DNA of 36,843 nucleotides, taken from assembly GCA_035650735.1 (NCBI GenBank), contig DASRGZ010000175.1:1-36843 (forward strand), in the 5' to 3' direction. This DNA comes from Chthonomonadaceae bacterium. Its GTDB lineage: Bacteria; Armatimonadota; Chthonomonadetes; Chthonomonadales; Chthonomonadaceae. The notes below the pieces were generated by a model that had not been told where the DNA came from, ran no database searches, and was given only the letters and a program-made list of their open reading frames with translations. The translations under genes and the position numbers were made by a program. Of the stretch, positions 8,917-18,067 are shown in pieces. Each line of letters opens with the position of its first letter. Position 1 is the first letter of the stretch.

Positions 8917-9042
8917 GGCTGGCCCTCCTTCCTTCCTCCCCGAACCGCCAGGCAAAGCCACAAATCTCCTGATGCCTTTTTGTCCTGGTGGTTTCTATGG
9001 ATGAAACTCCCGACGCCTCTTTATCCCGGTGGCCTCTACGGT

Positions 9043-10272
9043 TTAACTCCAGAGCCGATCCGACGAGCGCTCGTCATCCCACTCCGGCGTCGGCTCAAAG
9101 TAGCCCGGCGCGCGCAGATGCGCGCGCACGACGTCCTCATTGAGCGTGATGCCCAGGCCGGGCGTCTCCGGAACCTTGATGTAGCCCCGATTGACAATCG
9201 GCTTCTCGATCCCCTCTACCAGGTCATCCCACCAGGGAATATCTACCGAATGGTTTTCCAGTGCCAGGAAGTTCTCGGTGGCCGCTGCGCAGTGAACGTT
9301 TGCCATGCAGGAGACCGGCGTGCCGGCAAAGTGCATCGCCATCGGGATGCCGTATTCCTGCGCCATGTCGCCGATCTTCTTGGTCTCCAGAATACCGCCG
9401 GCAGTCGCCAGGTCAGGATGGATGACATCCACCGCGTGCCTCTGGCACAGCTCCCGGAAAGGCTCCTTCAAGTAGATGTCTTCACCGGTGCAGGTGGGCA
9501 GGAGGATGGCGTCCGTGATGCGCTTCCAGAGATCGGTATACTGCCAGGGGATCATGTCCTCCAGCCAGGCCAGGTTGTAGGGCTCCAGCGCCTTGCCGAG
9601 CCGGATGCAGGAGTTGATGCCGACGTGCCCGAAGTGGTCGGCGGCGAGCGGTATATCCATTCCGATGACCTTGCGCACGTGCGCCACGTACTCGGTCAGC
9701 ACGCCGATGCCGCGCTCGGAAATTTCTATGCCCGTGAACATGTGCTGCGTGTTGACCATGTCGCGGATGGAGACGTCGGGCGGAAGCGTCATCATGCCGG
9801 GCACCCGCTCCAGCAGCCTTATTCCCAGATCCATCTTGAGGAACGTAAATCCCTGCTCCATGCGTTTCTGGAGCTTTTGCGCGGTCGTCTCCGGATCGGG
9901 AGCCATCTCGGTGTCGGCGTAGATGCGAATTTTATCCCGGAACTTGCCGCCGAGCAGTTGGTAGACCGGCACGCCGTAGTACTTGCCGGCAATGTCCCAC
10001 AGCGCCATCTCCGCCGCGCTGACTCCCCCACCCTGCCGGGCATGGAAGCCGAACTGCTTGATCTTGCGGAAAAGCCGGTCCACGTCCAGCGGGTTCTCGC
10101 CCAGCAGCCGGCTTTTGAGCATTAGCGCATAGGTCTTGCTGGCCCCATCGCGGACTTCGCCCAGGCCGTAGAGGCCTTCCTGATTGGTGTCAATGCGGAT
10201 AAGCGGACAGGTCATCGGCGCTCTGCCGACGACGGCGACGCGCAGATCGGTAATCTTGAGGTCACGAGGCAT
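9043..10272 (-). CDS. Mandelate racemase/muconate lactonizing enzyme family protein (putative sugar-acid dehydratase)
   Basis: EMALWDIAGK..GVPVYQLLGG, FLKMD, D-H, WLED, TGEDIY and HPDL. ATG 10272. Confidence 0.9.
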   Translation of the reverse strand: MPRDLKITDLRVAVVGRAPMTCPLIRIDTNQEGLYGLGEVRDGASKTYALMLKSRLLGENPLDVDRLFRKIKQFGFHARQGGGVSAAEMALWDIAGKYYGVPVYQLLGGKFRDKIRIYADTEMAPDPETTAQKLQKRMEQGFTFLKMDLGIRLLERVPGMMTLPPDVSIRDMVNTQHMFTGIEISERGIGVLTEYVAHVRKVIGMDIPLAADHFGHVGINSCIRLGKALEPYNLAWLEDMIPWQYTDLWKRITDAILLPTCTGEDIYLKEPFRELCQRHAVDVIHPDLATAGGILETKKIGDMAQEYGIPMAMHFAGTPVSCMANVHCAAATENFLALENHSVDIPWWDDLVEGIEKPIVNRGYIKVPETPGLGITLNEDVVRAHLRAPGYFEPTPEWDDERSSDRLWS

Positions 10273-10606
10273 GACAGCATTTCTCCGTGGCGTTTGCGTT
10301 CCTGCCGGGTGGTTCACCTTCGGCGGCGCGCTCTCCTGCCGCCAAACGGGCCAGAATCAAAATGAAGCCTGCGGCGGAGGAACCGTTTGCCTGTGCCTGC
10401 GTATTCCAGAGTGTTGCATAAAGTGCCAGCCATCGGCATTGTCACTGTTTCCCCCCGCACACGTAACGATGGTTTGAGGCGTTCTCAAAGAGCGGCGACT
10501 CTCCGCTCCTCCCTGCGCACGGCCCTGCGCCTCTGTATGGCTTAACCCGACCGGATGGATTGGCGATTCCCAGGATTGGTCATTCCTAAGAAGGAGAAAG
10601 TGTGCT

Positions 10607-11422
10607 ATGCATCTTCGCAGGAGTGCTTTGTTCACCTACGTAAGTATCGCCGCGATACTGGCGGCGCTGCTGGCAGGATGCGGCGGCAATTCCAGCCTCG
10701 GCCCCAGCGCCAACACCAATAGCCGCGTCCGCGTTTTCAACGGGATGGGCGGCTGTCCCGGCAACGGCGCCATTGATGTGCTTGCCAGCAACAACACGGA
10801 GCCGTTCAACCCTGCCGGCGGCGTCGCCTATGGATCGGCCTCCAATTACATGCTGGTACGTTCCGGCAACGGCCTCACCACCAACGTCTATGCCGCCGGC
10901 ACGACGACCAACGCGCTCGCTCCACAGGCTCCGTTCACTCTGTCGCCCCACGACCCCGGCACCAACAACGGCACCTATACCATCACGGCCAGCGGCGTCT
11001 GCGGGCAGCCTGTGGGCAGCGCGGCAGCCCCGCAATTGGCGCGCTTGATTGATAACCCGCCGACGCCTCCCGCCAACCAGGCGCTCGTCCGGCTGGTCAA
11101 CCTCTCTCCCGACGCCGGCAACATTACGCTCTCCAACGTCAGCGGAAATCCCCCGCAAACCGTGCCCATCGTGACGACCGGCGTGGCCTATACGCAGAGC
11201 TCCAACTACGTGGCCGTGACGCCCATCGCAGGGCAATCCTTCAATTTTAGCGTTAGCTCTGGAGGGCAGGTATTGCCGATACCCGCAGGCTCCAGCACGC
11301 AGACTCTACAAGCGGGCAAGGCGTATACCGTCTTCGTCTTTGGAGAGGTCAACCCGGCCAATGGCGGCCAGCTAATCAACATGGCCGTCGTGCAGGACGC
11401 GCCGATCACCTCTCCCCCCTAG
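10607..11422 (+). CDS. Lipoprotein with DUF4397-like domains
   Basis: Lipobox LLAG|C; RVRVFN and VRLVNLSPDAG repeats; L.AGKAYTVF. AAGGAG RBS. Confidence 0.75.
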   Translation: MHLRRSALFTYVSIAAILAALLAGCGGNSSLGPSANTNSRVRVFNGMGGCPGNGAIDVLASNNTEPFNPAGGVAYGSASNYMLVRSGNGLTTNVYAAGTTTNALAPQAPFTLSPHDPGTNNGTYTITASGVCGQPVGSAAAPQLARLIDNPPTPPANQALVRLVNLSPDAGNITLSNVSGNPPQTVPIVTTGVAYTQSSNYVAVTPIAGQSFNFSVSSGGQVLPIPAGSSTQTLQAGKAYTVFVFGEVNPANGGQLINMAVVQDAPITSPP

Positions 11423-11471
11423 AGGGTGTTATGCCCTTTTTTGCCTGCTTCGAGAGAGGACTTGGAGGCTG

Positions 11472-11561
11472 ATGACCGCGGAGACGTGCGCGATGGCTTG
11501 GACTCAGGGACAGGCGATGCCGTTGGAAGAGGCCGTTCGGTACGCTCTGGAAGCCATCTAA
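11472..11561 (+). pseudogene. Remnant C-terminus of an ATPase/TPR (AfsR/LuxR-type) regulator
   Basis: Translates as MTAETCAMAWTQGQAMPLEEAVRYALEAI*, matching the AW.EG.AM.LE.A..YAL tail typical of these proteins. Confidence 0.55.
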
Positions 11562-11580
11562 AGGATATGCCCAGGAACTA

Positions 11581-11634
11581 GCAGGCCGCAGAGCCAGGAG
11601 ACTCTGGTTCCGCGGCCTGCCTCCTATTTATTTA
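11581..11634. terminator. Hairpin between convergent genes (probable terminator)
   Basis: GCAGGCCGC...GCGGCCTGC long stem (11581-11620) followed by TATTTTATTT. Confidence 0.55.
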
Positions 11635-11694
11635 CCAGGGCCACCATCAAGTCGTAGGTTACTTCCCAATGGCCCGCGCCGCGCGCGGCAGGTA

Positions 11695-12543
11695 CTAACG
11701 GGGATCGCCGAAGAGGATAGCGAGGCTGTCTCGGTAGATGATCTCGTCGAGCAGGGTATGGGAGATGCGAGGTAGGTTGGTTCCCTCTACCATGTTGTTG
11801 AGTCGGCGCAGCCCGGCAATGGAGTCGGCGGGCGTGGCGAAGGGATAGTCCGAGCCGAAGAGGATCTTCTTCATCACGCCGTACTCCTGCGCCAGCACCA
11901 GGCTGTTGTAAAGCTGCCAGGGACGGTAGTAAAGCGCGGAGAGATCCGACCAGACGTTGGGATGCTTGCGGATGACGACCAGGGTTTCCGGCTCCCAGGG
12001 ATGGCCGAGGTGGGCCATGATGAACTTGAGGCGCGGAAAACGCATGGCAAGCTCGTCAATCAGGATGGGGCGCGTGTGGGCCAGCGGCGCAAACTGGCAG
12101 AAGGTCGTGCCGATATGGGAGAGAACGGGCAGGCCGTCGCGCTGCGCCCGCTCGTAGATGGGAGTCAGCCGGTCGTCGAGCGGGCTGAAATCGGCGTACA
12201 TGGGCGCGAGCTTGATTCCGGCCAGCTTCAGGTCTTCGATGGCGTGGAGGAAATCCTCCCGATAGGTCGGCTCATTGGGGTCTACACAGCAGAAGCCGAT
12301 GAGCTTGTCCGGGTCGTTCCTGACAAAATCGGCGATGTAGCCATCCGGGACGACAATGCCGACGTGCCGCGCCTTCAGCCCGAAGACAATCGCCTTCTCT
12401 ACCGGCTCCATCGCCTGCCGGTACGTTTCCCACTCGATGGTGAGATCGATGGGCGTGCCCCGCGCGATCTGCGCTTCCCGTAAGAACGAGTCGGAGATAT
12501 GTTCCGGGTAACGGAAAGCGTGCGTGTGAACATCTATGAGCAT
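11695..12543 (-). CDS. Amidohydrolase family (Amidohydro_2) metal-dependent hydrolase
   Basis: IDVHTH, GIKL, LPVLSHIG, AHLGHPW and ILFGSDYP. Confidence 0.9.
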   Translation of the reverse strand: MLIDVHTHAFRYPEHISDSFLREAQIARGTPIDLTIEWETYRQAMEPVEKAIVFGLKARHVGIVVPDGYIADFVRNDPDKLIGFCCVDPNEPTYREDFLHAIEDLKLAGIKLAPMYADFSPLDDRLTPIYERAQRDGLPVLSHIGTTFCQFAPLAHTRPILIDELAMRFPRLKFIMAHLGHPWEPETLVVIRKHPNVWSDLSALYYRPWQLYNSLVLAQEYGVMKKILFGSDYPFATPADSIAGLRRLNNMVEGTNLPRISHTLLDEIIYRDSLAILFGDPR

Positions 12544-12779
12544 GGCGTAGTTTCTCCCTTTTCAGGCGGTGAACTTGCAGGACACCCAGACGGCAACTCT
12601 CCCGCCTTGATACAGGATTTCATCACTGTTTCTAAAAAACCTCCACCCTTCCCTGTCTGGGCGACACGGCACGAAACCGTAGTTGTCTGTGAAAGGCCCT
12701 ACCTTAAACCACAGTTTCGGTGGGCGCTGGCCGAGCAAATGGTTGTACAAAATTTTAAAAGATTTTGGTGAAATGGATA

Positions 12780-12808
12780 TTGACAGGCTTTTTGAATCGT
12801 GTTATATT
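12780..12808 (+). promoter_or_regulatory. Sigma70-type promoter for the lower-GC gene block
   Basis: TTGACA (12780-12785), 17 bp, TATATT (12803-12808) with an extended TG; A/T-rich upstream tract. Confidence 0.7.
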
Positions 12809-13253
12809 GCTGCAATAGTGTGAATGTCGGGCATTGCAATATTATTCGGAGAAGATGATGATCTGTATAGGTTCCACAACGACCCAGACCTTGCAGGACG
12901 CGCACTTCACCACGCCTTGCTTTCTTCCTCTTTCACCCCCCATCACTAGATATTTTATTTCTGTTTATTCCTGTTCTCCGACTAACTCAACAGTTTGTTG
13001 ACCTTTGCCTGCGCGAGTCTTTCCGTGCCCGCGCTGGCGAATCTTCTACACGCAACAACACCCCAATCTACTCTCGATATCTACCACGCACCCCGCCTAG
13101 CCTGGACCAGATAGGTTCTGCATAAATGCCTGTTCCAAGCTGGATCTACATAACAGGCAGCCCTTTCTGCAAGCGCAATTGCCTCTCCAACGCTCCATAT
13201 CAAACCGTGTAAGAGAACAACTGCACAACAAGTTACTGTCAGGAGAACATATC

Positions 13254-13802
13254 ATGAGACGGATTAAGCTCGGAACCCTTGCCGCTTTTGTTTTCTTATG
13301 CTTGGGCATCTCAACCGTTTCCCATGCGCAGGGTTGGACTGCCAGCGACTATTCTGGCTATACCATCACCTCAACGCTTACGCCGCAAAACGATCCTGAT
13401 GCCCGAAGTCTCAGTATCACCACCACTTCGGTGAGTGCATCTAGCCAACGCCCTTACGCCCAGGCCTACGCGATGATTTACGCAAAGCGTACATTTACCT
13501 GGACAGGCGCTTTACCTGTGCCTGCGTTGACGCTGACGTTCTCCGGCTACGAATCCGGCAGTGCCTCCGGGACAATGCCGCCTTTTCCACTAGCTTCTAG
13601 CACACTTCAGCCAAACCCATCAACTCGCTTCCCGCCTGCCAGCTTTAGCGCACCGCCTACTTATGGTGGTACTGTAACCTATGATCCCTGGCAGGCTACA
13701 GCCGGCGGTGTTTCCCCTTTTACCGCCAGTATGCAGATATCTGCAAACGCACAAAATTTATCTGCCAGTGCGTTTACGTCCGGGGCAGTAGCAAGCAATT
13801 AG
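13254..13802 (+). CDS. Secreted Ser/Thr/Ala-rich hypothetical protein
   Basis: AGGAG RBS before ATG 13254; signal peptide ending SHA|Q; composition suggests a beta-rich fold. Confidence 0.7.
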   Translation: MRRIKLGTLAAFVFLCLGISTVSHAQGWTASDYSGYTITSTLTPQNDPDARSLSITTTSVSASSQRPYAQAYAMIYAKRTFTWTGALPVPALTLTFSGYESGSASGTMPPFPLASSTLQPNPSTRFPPASFSAPPTYGGTVTYDPWQATAGGVSPFTASMQISANAQNLSASAFTSGAVASN

Positions 13803-14056
13803 CCCGTCTCTACCGGTAGCTCTCCAGGAACTGGTGCGTTCCTCTCAAACGCTCAATTTCACGTCATCGCTTAGTGGAGTGCTGCCTCGTTACCTTTTTC
13901 ATGATGGTATTGCGGTTGTTAATAGGTCCGCTCAGAGAGAGGTTTCTGGTAACTCTGTCTGCCGTGATTTAAGATAGAGCATTCCAGAGGTAACTCTGGT
14001 GATGGAGAGAGCTACGACAATTCTCTGAGCAGCCTTTTTAGAAAGAAAGGGCAGTT

Positions 14057-14917
14057 ATGAAGTTGACCACTCGAATGACCGGCAGCCGTGCTGTTCTGCG
14101 CATTTGCTTTACGCTCGGCGCTGCGCTTCTTTGCGCTTGCCCGATTTTTGCCCAACCAAGCAACCTCTCTCCTGATTGGATGGCAAAGCCCATCGCCTTA
14201 ACGGTGCAGAGGCAATCGCTTTCCGACATTACGGCAATTTTATCAGCGCAATTGGGGCTTAGTATTGTGGCGGATGGAGAGCCGCTGACCAGGCAGGCCG
14301 ACGTTGAATTGAACGGAACCGCCAAAGAAGCGCTGGATCGCGTGGCCGATATTTTCGACTATACATGGATGCCCTTGAAAAGTGGGGTCATTTTGATGCG
14401 TAAACGGTTCAAAAACCCGGACGACTATCCACAGATGAACCTGGAAGAGATGCGGCAGATGGCGCGGGAGATTGTGGCCGTGCTTCAAGCTCTGCCCTTC
14501 GATCCCAACCCTGCTCACGAGAACGCCATTATCACGGAATTGTTTCGTTCCTTCACGCCTGCGCAAGTACTGCTCCTGCGCTCAGGCAGGGTTCTGCGCG
14601 GCAGCGAGCTTTCGGTTCAACAGTTGAACCTGCTGCAACAGGCCGTGTTGAGCAGCTATTTCTCAGAGCCATGCTCGGCCTGGACCTTACTGTTGGCTCA
14701 ACTGGATTCGATGCCGCAATCCTTTTTGCAGATGCGGGAATGGCCGACCTTCTACCAGAAACGCATGGGGTTGCCTGTGGAGCCTGTCAAGGGCATCCCT
14801 AATCACTGGCAATTCACCTTTGTCGGCAAAGACCAGAATGGCGGAGAACTCATCACTTGCCTGCCCTGGCAAGCCCCCCAGCCGCGCCTAACGCCAAAAT
14901 TTCAAGGAGGGCAGTAA
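14057..14917 (+). CDS. Secreted hypothetical protein with secretin/TonB N-terminal (STN/N0)-like domain
   Basis: Signal peptide (IFA|Q), then PIALTV..QSLSD...LS.QLG.SIV..G...ALD.VADIFDYTW. Confidence 0.6.
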   Translation: MKLTTRMTGSRAVLRICFTLGAALLCACPIFAQPSNLSPDWMAKPIALTVQRQSLSDITAILSAQLGLSIVADGEPLTRQADVELNGTAKEALDRVADIFDYTWMPLKSGVILMRKRFKNPDDYPQMNLEEMRQMAREIVAVLQALPFDPNPAHENAIITELFRSFTPAQVLLLRSGRVLRGSELSVQQLNLLQQAVLSSYFSEPCSAWTLLLAQLDSMPQSFLQMREWPTFYQKRMGLPVEPVKGIPNHWQFTFVGKDQNGGELITCLPWQAPQPRLTPKFQGGQ

Positions 14918-14919
14918 CC

Positions 14920-15834
14920 ATGTCGTCCCTTTCTGCCTGCCTAAATCGAAGTCTACGCTTTCTAATAGCTTGCTTCGCCATTGCTTATATAAGGATGCCT
15001 GCCTGCTCTCAGCCGGAGGCGCAAGAGGCAAAGCTAGCCATTCGTGTACATCTGCGATTAGGACCGACTACTTTAGAAAAAGTCGCCGCGGCATTATCTC
15101 AGCAGACAGGACTCGCGATTAACGCCGCAAGTTATTTGCGGGAACACAAGTTGATAGTGCAGATGGACAATCTGCCGGCGCAAGATGCGCTGGACGCCCT
15201 GGCAGCCCTGAATGAGTGGATATGGTACAAAACGGAGCCAGGGCACTATCTGATAACACGCCCTAGAGTTCGCCTTCCAAGAGAGATTGCCGAAATCCCG
15301 CCGGCGCTGTACAAGGCCATGCCGATAGAAATGCGCCGCTATGCCGGATTCGGCGTTTCGGTAGAGGAATTATCGCCCATCGCAGACCCGCAGATGCGCC
15401 AGGAGCTAGAAGCGCTCAAGCAGCAGGGAACTTACGAGTTGATGGCTCCCCAAGCCAGCGTCGGCGCAAAGATGGACTCTCTGCGCCTCAAGCAACAAAA
15501 TCTGCTGGTAGAGGTGCTGAAGCCTGATCCCTTTGATGGGAAGATAACTCCCTATTCCAGGCTCACCCCGGAGCAGAAACAGGCTTTACTCATATTCTTT
15601 GTTTCGAATGCTCTGGAGAGCGCCATCGCACAGCCCAGGTCTCTGGCATTTAGCGGCAGGCTGCTGCCATTCCAACGCGATATAAGGAAAGCGGACATTG
15701 TAATGACCGCAGAAAATTGCCTGCAGATCGGCACCTTCTTCTCTGATGAACAGGGACGCCACTTCGTGGGCTTTTTCGGTGAGATTAAGTCCGACCAAAA
15801 CTCTTTAGAGCCGATTCCCCAGGGCAGCCGCTAA
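14920..15834 (+). CDS. Secreted hypothetical protein, distant paralogue-like of the upstream gene (STN-like N-domain)
   Basis: AAGGAGG RBS; ATG 2 nt after the previous stop; TLEKVAAALSQQTGL...DALDALA..NEW.W pattern. Confidence 0.6.
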   Translation: MSSLSACLNRSLRFLIACFAIAYIRMPACSQPEAQEAKLAIRVHLRLGPTTLEKVAAALSQQTGLAINAASYLREHKLIVQMDNLPAQDALDALAALNEWIWYKTEPGHYLITRPRVRLPREIAEIPPALYKAMPIEMRRYAGFGVSVEELSPIADPQMRQELEALKQQGTYELMAPQASVGAKMDSLRLKQQNLLVEVLKPDPFDGKITPYSRLTPEQKQALLIFFVSNALESAIAQPRSLAFSGRLLPFQRDIRKADIVMTAENCLQIGTFFSDEQGRHFVGFFGEIKSDQNSLEPIPQGSR

Positions 15835-15850
15835 TGCCTATATAAACCTG

Positions 15851-15874
15851 GGGCCTGGCTTTCCAGCCAGGCCC
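15851..15874. terminator. Hairpin between convergent genes
   Basis: GGGCCTGGCT-TTCC-AGCCAGGCCC, a perfect 10-bp stem. Confidence 0.6.
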
Positions 15875-15903
15875 GATTTAGAGTAAATCCCAAAATGCCG
15901 CGA

Positions 15904-16989
15904 TTACTTATGCGCGGCGGCGAACTCATCCAGGTAGTCAGCGAGGGCGCAACAGCCTTCGACCGGGAAGGCGTTGTAGATGGAGGCCCGGAAACCGCCG
16001 ACGGAGCGATGGCCCTTCAGGCCGTCCATGCCGCGCGCTTGCGCGCCCGCCAGAAACCCCTTCTCCAGGTCGGAATTCCTCAACCGGAAGGTGACATTCA
16101 TCAGGGAGCGGTCGGCGTTGTCGCGCACGGCGGGGTCGTACACGTCCGGGTGGGCATCCAGCGCCTCATACACAATCGTCGCTTTCTCGCGGTTGCGCGC
16201 CTCGATGACCGGCAGCCCTCCCTGCTCCTCGATCCACTTCAGCACCAGCCCAACGACATAGACGGCGAAGGCCGGCGGCGTGTTGTAGAGCGAATCGGCC
16301 TTGGCGTGCGTCTTGTAGGAGAGAATGGTGGGCACGTCGTCGTTGGCGCGCTCCAGGAAGTCCTTGCGCGCGATCACCAGCGTCACGCCAGCCGGACCGG
16401 CGTTCTTCTGCGCCCCGGCATAGATCAGGGCGAAGCGCGAGTAGTCCAGGGCGCGGGCCAGGATGTCGGAAGAGGCATCGGCGACGAGCGGGACGCTGCC
16501 GGTCTCCGGCAGCGTCGGCCACTCCGTACCCTCGATGGTGTTGTTGGTGGTGATATGGACGTACTGCGCGCCCGGCGTGAGATTGAGGTCTTTCGGGATA
16601 TAGGAGAACCGCGCCTCTTCGGAAGATGCCGCCACGTTCACGCCGCCAAAGCGCCTGGCCTCTTTGATGGCCTTCACCGCCCACTCGCCCGTGTTCACGT
16701 AGTCGGCGGTCTGCCCGGCGCGCAGGAAGTTCATCGGCAGCATGGCAAATTGCAGGCTCGCCCCGCCGCCCAGGAACAGCGCCGTATGCGTCTCGGGTGA
16801 GAGGCCCAGCACGCGCAGCAGCCGCTCCTTGGCGTCGAAGTGAATAGACTCATAGTCCTTGCCCCGGTGGCTGACTTCCAGAATGGACATTCCCGAGCCG
16901 TTGATCTCCAGGATGCCCCGGCTGGCCTCCTCCAGAACCGGCACCGGCAAGATAGCCGGCCCTGCGCTAAAGTTATAGATTCTCTTCAT
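15904..16989 (-). CDS. serC: Phosphoserine aminotransferase
   Basis: YNFSAGPA, E.SHRG, GGASLQF, NNTI.GT, YAGAQKN.GPAG, NTPP and GHRSVGG.RASIYNA. ATG 16989. Confidence 0.95.
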   Translation of the reverse strand: MKRIYNFSAGPAILPVPVLEEASRGILEINGSGMSILEVSHRGKDYESIHFDAKERLLRVLGLSPETHTALFLGGGASLQFAMLPMNFLRAGQTADYVNTGEWAVKAIKEARRFGGVNVAASSEEARFSYIPKDLNLTPGAQYVHITTNNTIEGTEWPTLPETGSVPLVADASSDILARALDYSRFALIYAGAQKNAGPAGVTLVIARKDFLERANDDVPTILSYKTHAKADSLYNTPPAFAVYVVGLVLKWIEEQGGLPVIEARNREKATIVYEALDAHPDVYDPAVRDNADRSLMNVTFRLRNSDLEKGFLAGAQARGMDGLKGHRSVGGFRASIYNAFPVEGCCALADYLDEFAAAHK

Positions 16990-17235
16990 AACTTGATCGT
17001 CCTCTTCCCTATTTGCTATGTGCAAGCCGCCCGGCCCGTACCGCCCGCAGGGCACAGCCATCCTTGCTGCCCGCACGGACGGCCCTGCGGCTCTCTCTCC
17101 GCCAGTCGTTACTTCGTATCAACCATGCCTGCCGCGACTACATGCGCGACATCAGAACGGGGTTCTTCCTCTCCGTGGATCGTCACTTCGCACAAACTAT
17201 GCCTGCTGCCCGCACAGACAATAAAGCAGCACGGT

Positions 17236-18024
17236 CTAGTCGTGCCGCACCGGCTCGACCGCTCTCTCCACCACAGCCTGAGCGTGGTACAGCGTACCGG
17301 CAGGCTGCCAGGGCCGCTGCCGCAGGCGCCAGGGCATCAAAAATGATTCAACCAGCACGGTGCGTGAGATTTTGGAGTGCCCGAACTGCCGGTCGGTAAA
17401 GACGATGGGGACCTCGACGATCCGCATTCCGGCCAGACCAGCGCGGTACGCCATCTCCACCTGAAACGCATAACCCTCCGAGGTCAGCGTCTCCAGATCC
17501 ACCGCCTGTAAGGCATAGCGCGTCCAGCAGCGGTACCCGGCAGTGGCGTCGGCAACGGGTATTCGGGCGATGATCTGGACGTAGCGACAGGCGAAGCGGG
17601 AAAGCAGGAGGCGATGCCAGGGCCAATTGCGCACGCCGCCCCCCGGGCAGTAGCGTGAGCCGATGACCAGATCGGCGCGCTCACTGGCCTCCAGCAGAGC
17701 GGGCAGATAGGCCGGATCGTGCGATAGATCGGCATCCATCTGGAGGATGCGGTCGTACCCCTCGTGCAAGGCGCGCTGAAAACCGTCTCGGTACGCCCGG
17801 CCCAGGCCGCGCGGTCCGGTGCGCCGTATCACCCGATGGTGGGCGTATTCCGGGCGCGAATGGAATAGACGTTCGGCTATCTCCGCCGTGCCATCCGGGG
17901 AGTTATCATCCATTAAAAGCAGGTGCGCCTGGGGAGCATAACGGGTGACCTGTTCGGCCAGCAGCGGCACATTTTGCGCCTCATTATAGGTCGGAACGAC
18001 GATGACAGTCTTCATGCAGCGCAA
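17236..18024 (-). CDS. Polyprenol-phosphate mannose synthase-like GT2 glycosyltransferase
   Basis: PTYNEA.N, DDNSPDGT, QMDADLSH.P, GSRY, DATAGYR and GYAFQVEM. The start may be ATG 18015. Confidence 0.9.
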   Translation of the reverse strand: MRCMKTVIVVPTYNEAQNVPLLAEQVTRYAPQAHLLLMDDNSPDGTAEIAERLFHSRPEYAHHRVIRRTGPRGLGRAYRDGFQRALHEGYDRILQMDADLSHDPAYLPALLEASERADLVIGSRYCPGGGVRNWPWHRLLLSRFACRYVQIIARIPVADATAGYRCWTRYALQAVDLETLTSEGYAFQVEMAYRAGLAGMRIVEVPIVFTDRQFGHSKISRTVLVESFLMPWRLRQRPWQPAGTLYHAQAVVERAVEPVRHD

Positions 18025-18067
18025 CGCATCCTTTGCGTGAGCGGATAGATTTTCACACCCGCGCTCT

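Noticed and set aside
8290..10125. 611-aa plus-strand ORF
   Set aside because: Antisense shadow of the PhyH and enolase-family genes; no domain signature.
12562..12750. 62-aa minus-strand ORF upstream of the amidohydrolase
   Set aside because: TTG start, no clear RBS and no recognisable motif; it cannot be supported.
13815..13825. 11-mer GGTAGCTCTCC shared with the ncRNA (4081-4091) as a possible target site
   Set aside because: Too short to exceed chance, and it lies in a paired helix of the RNA.
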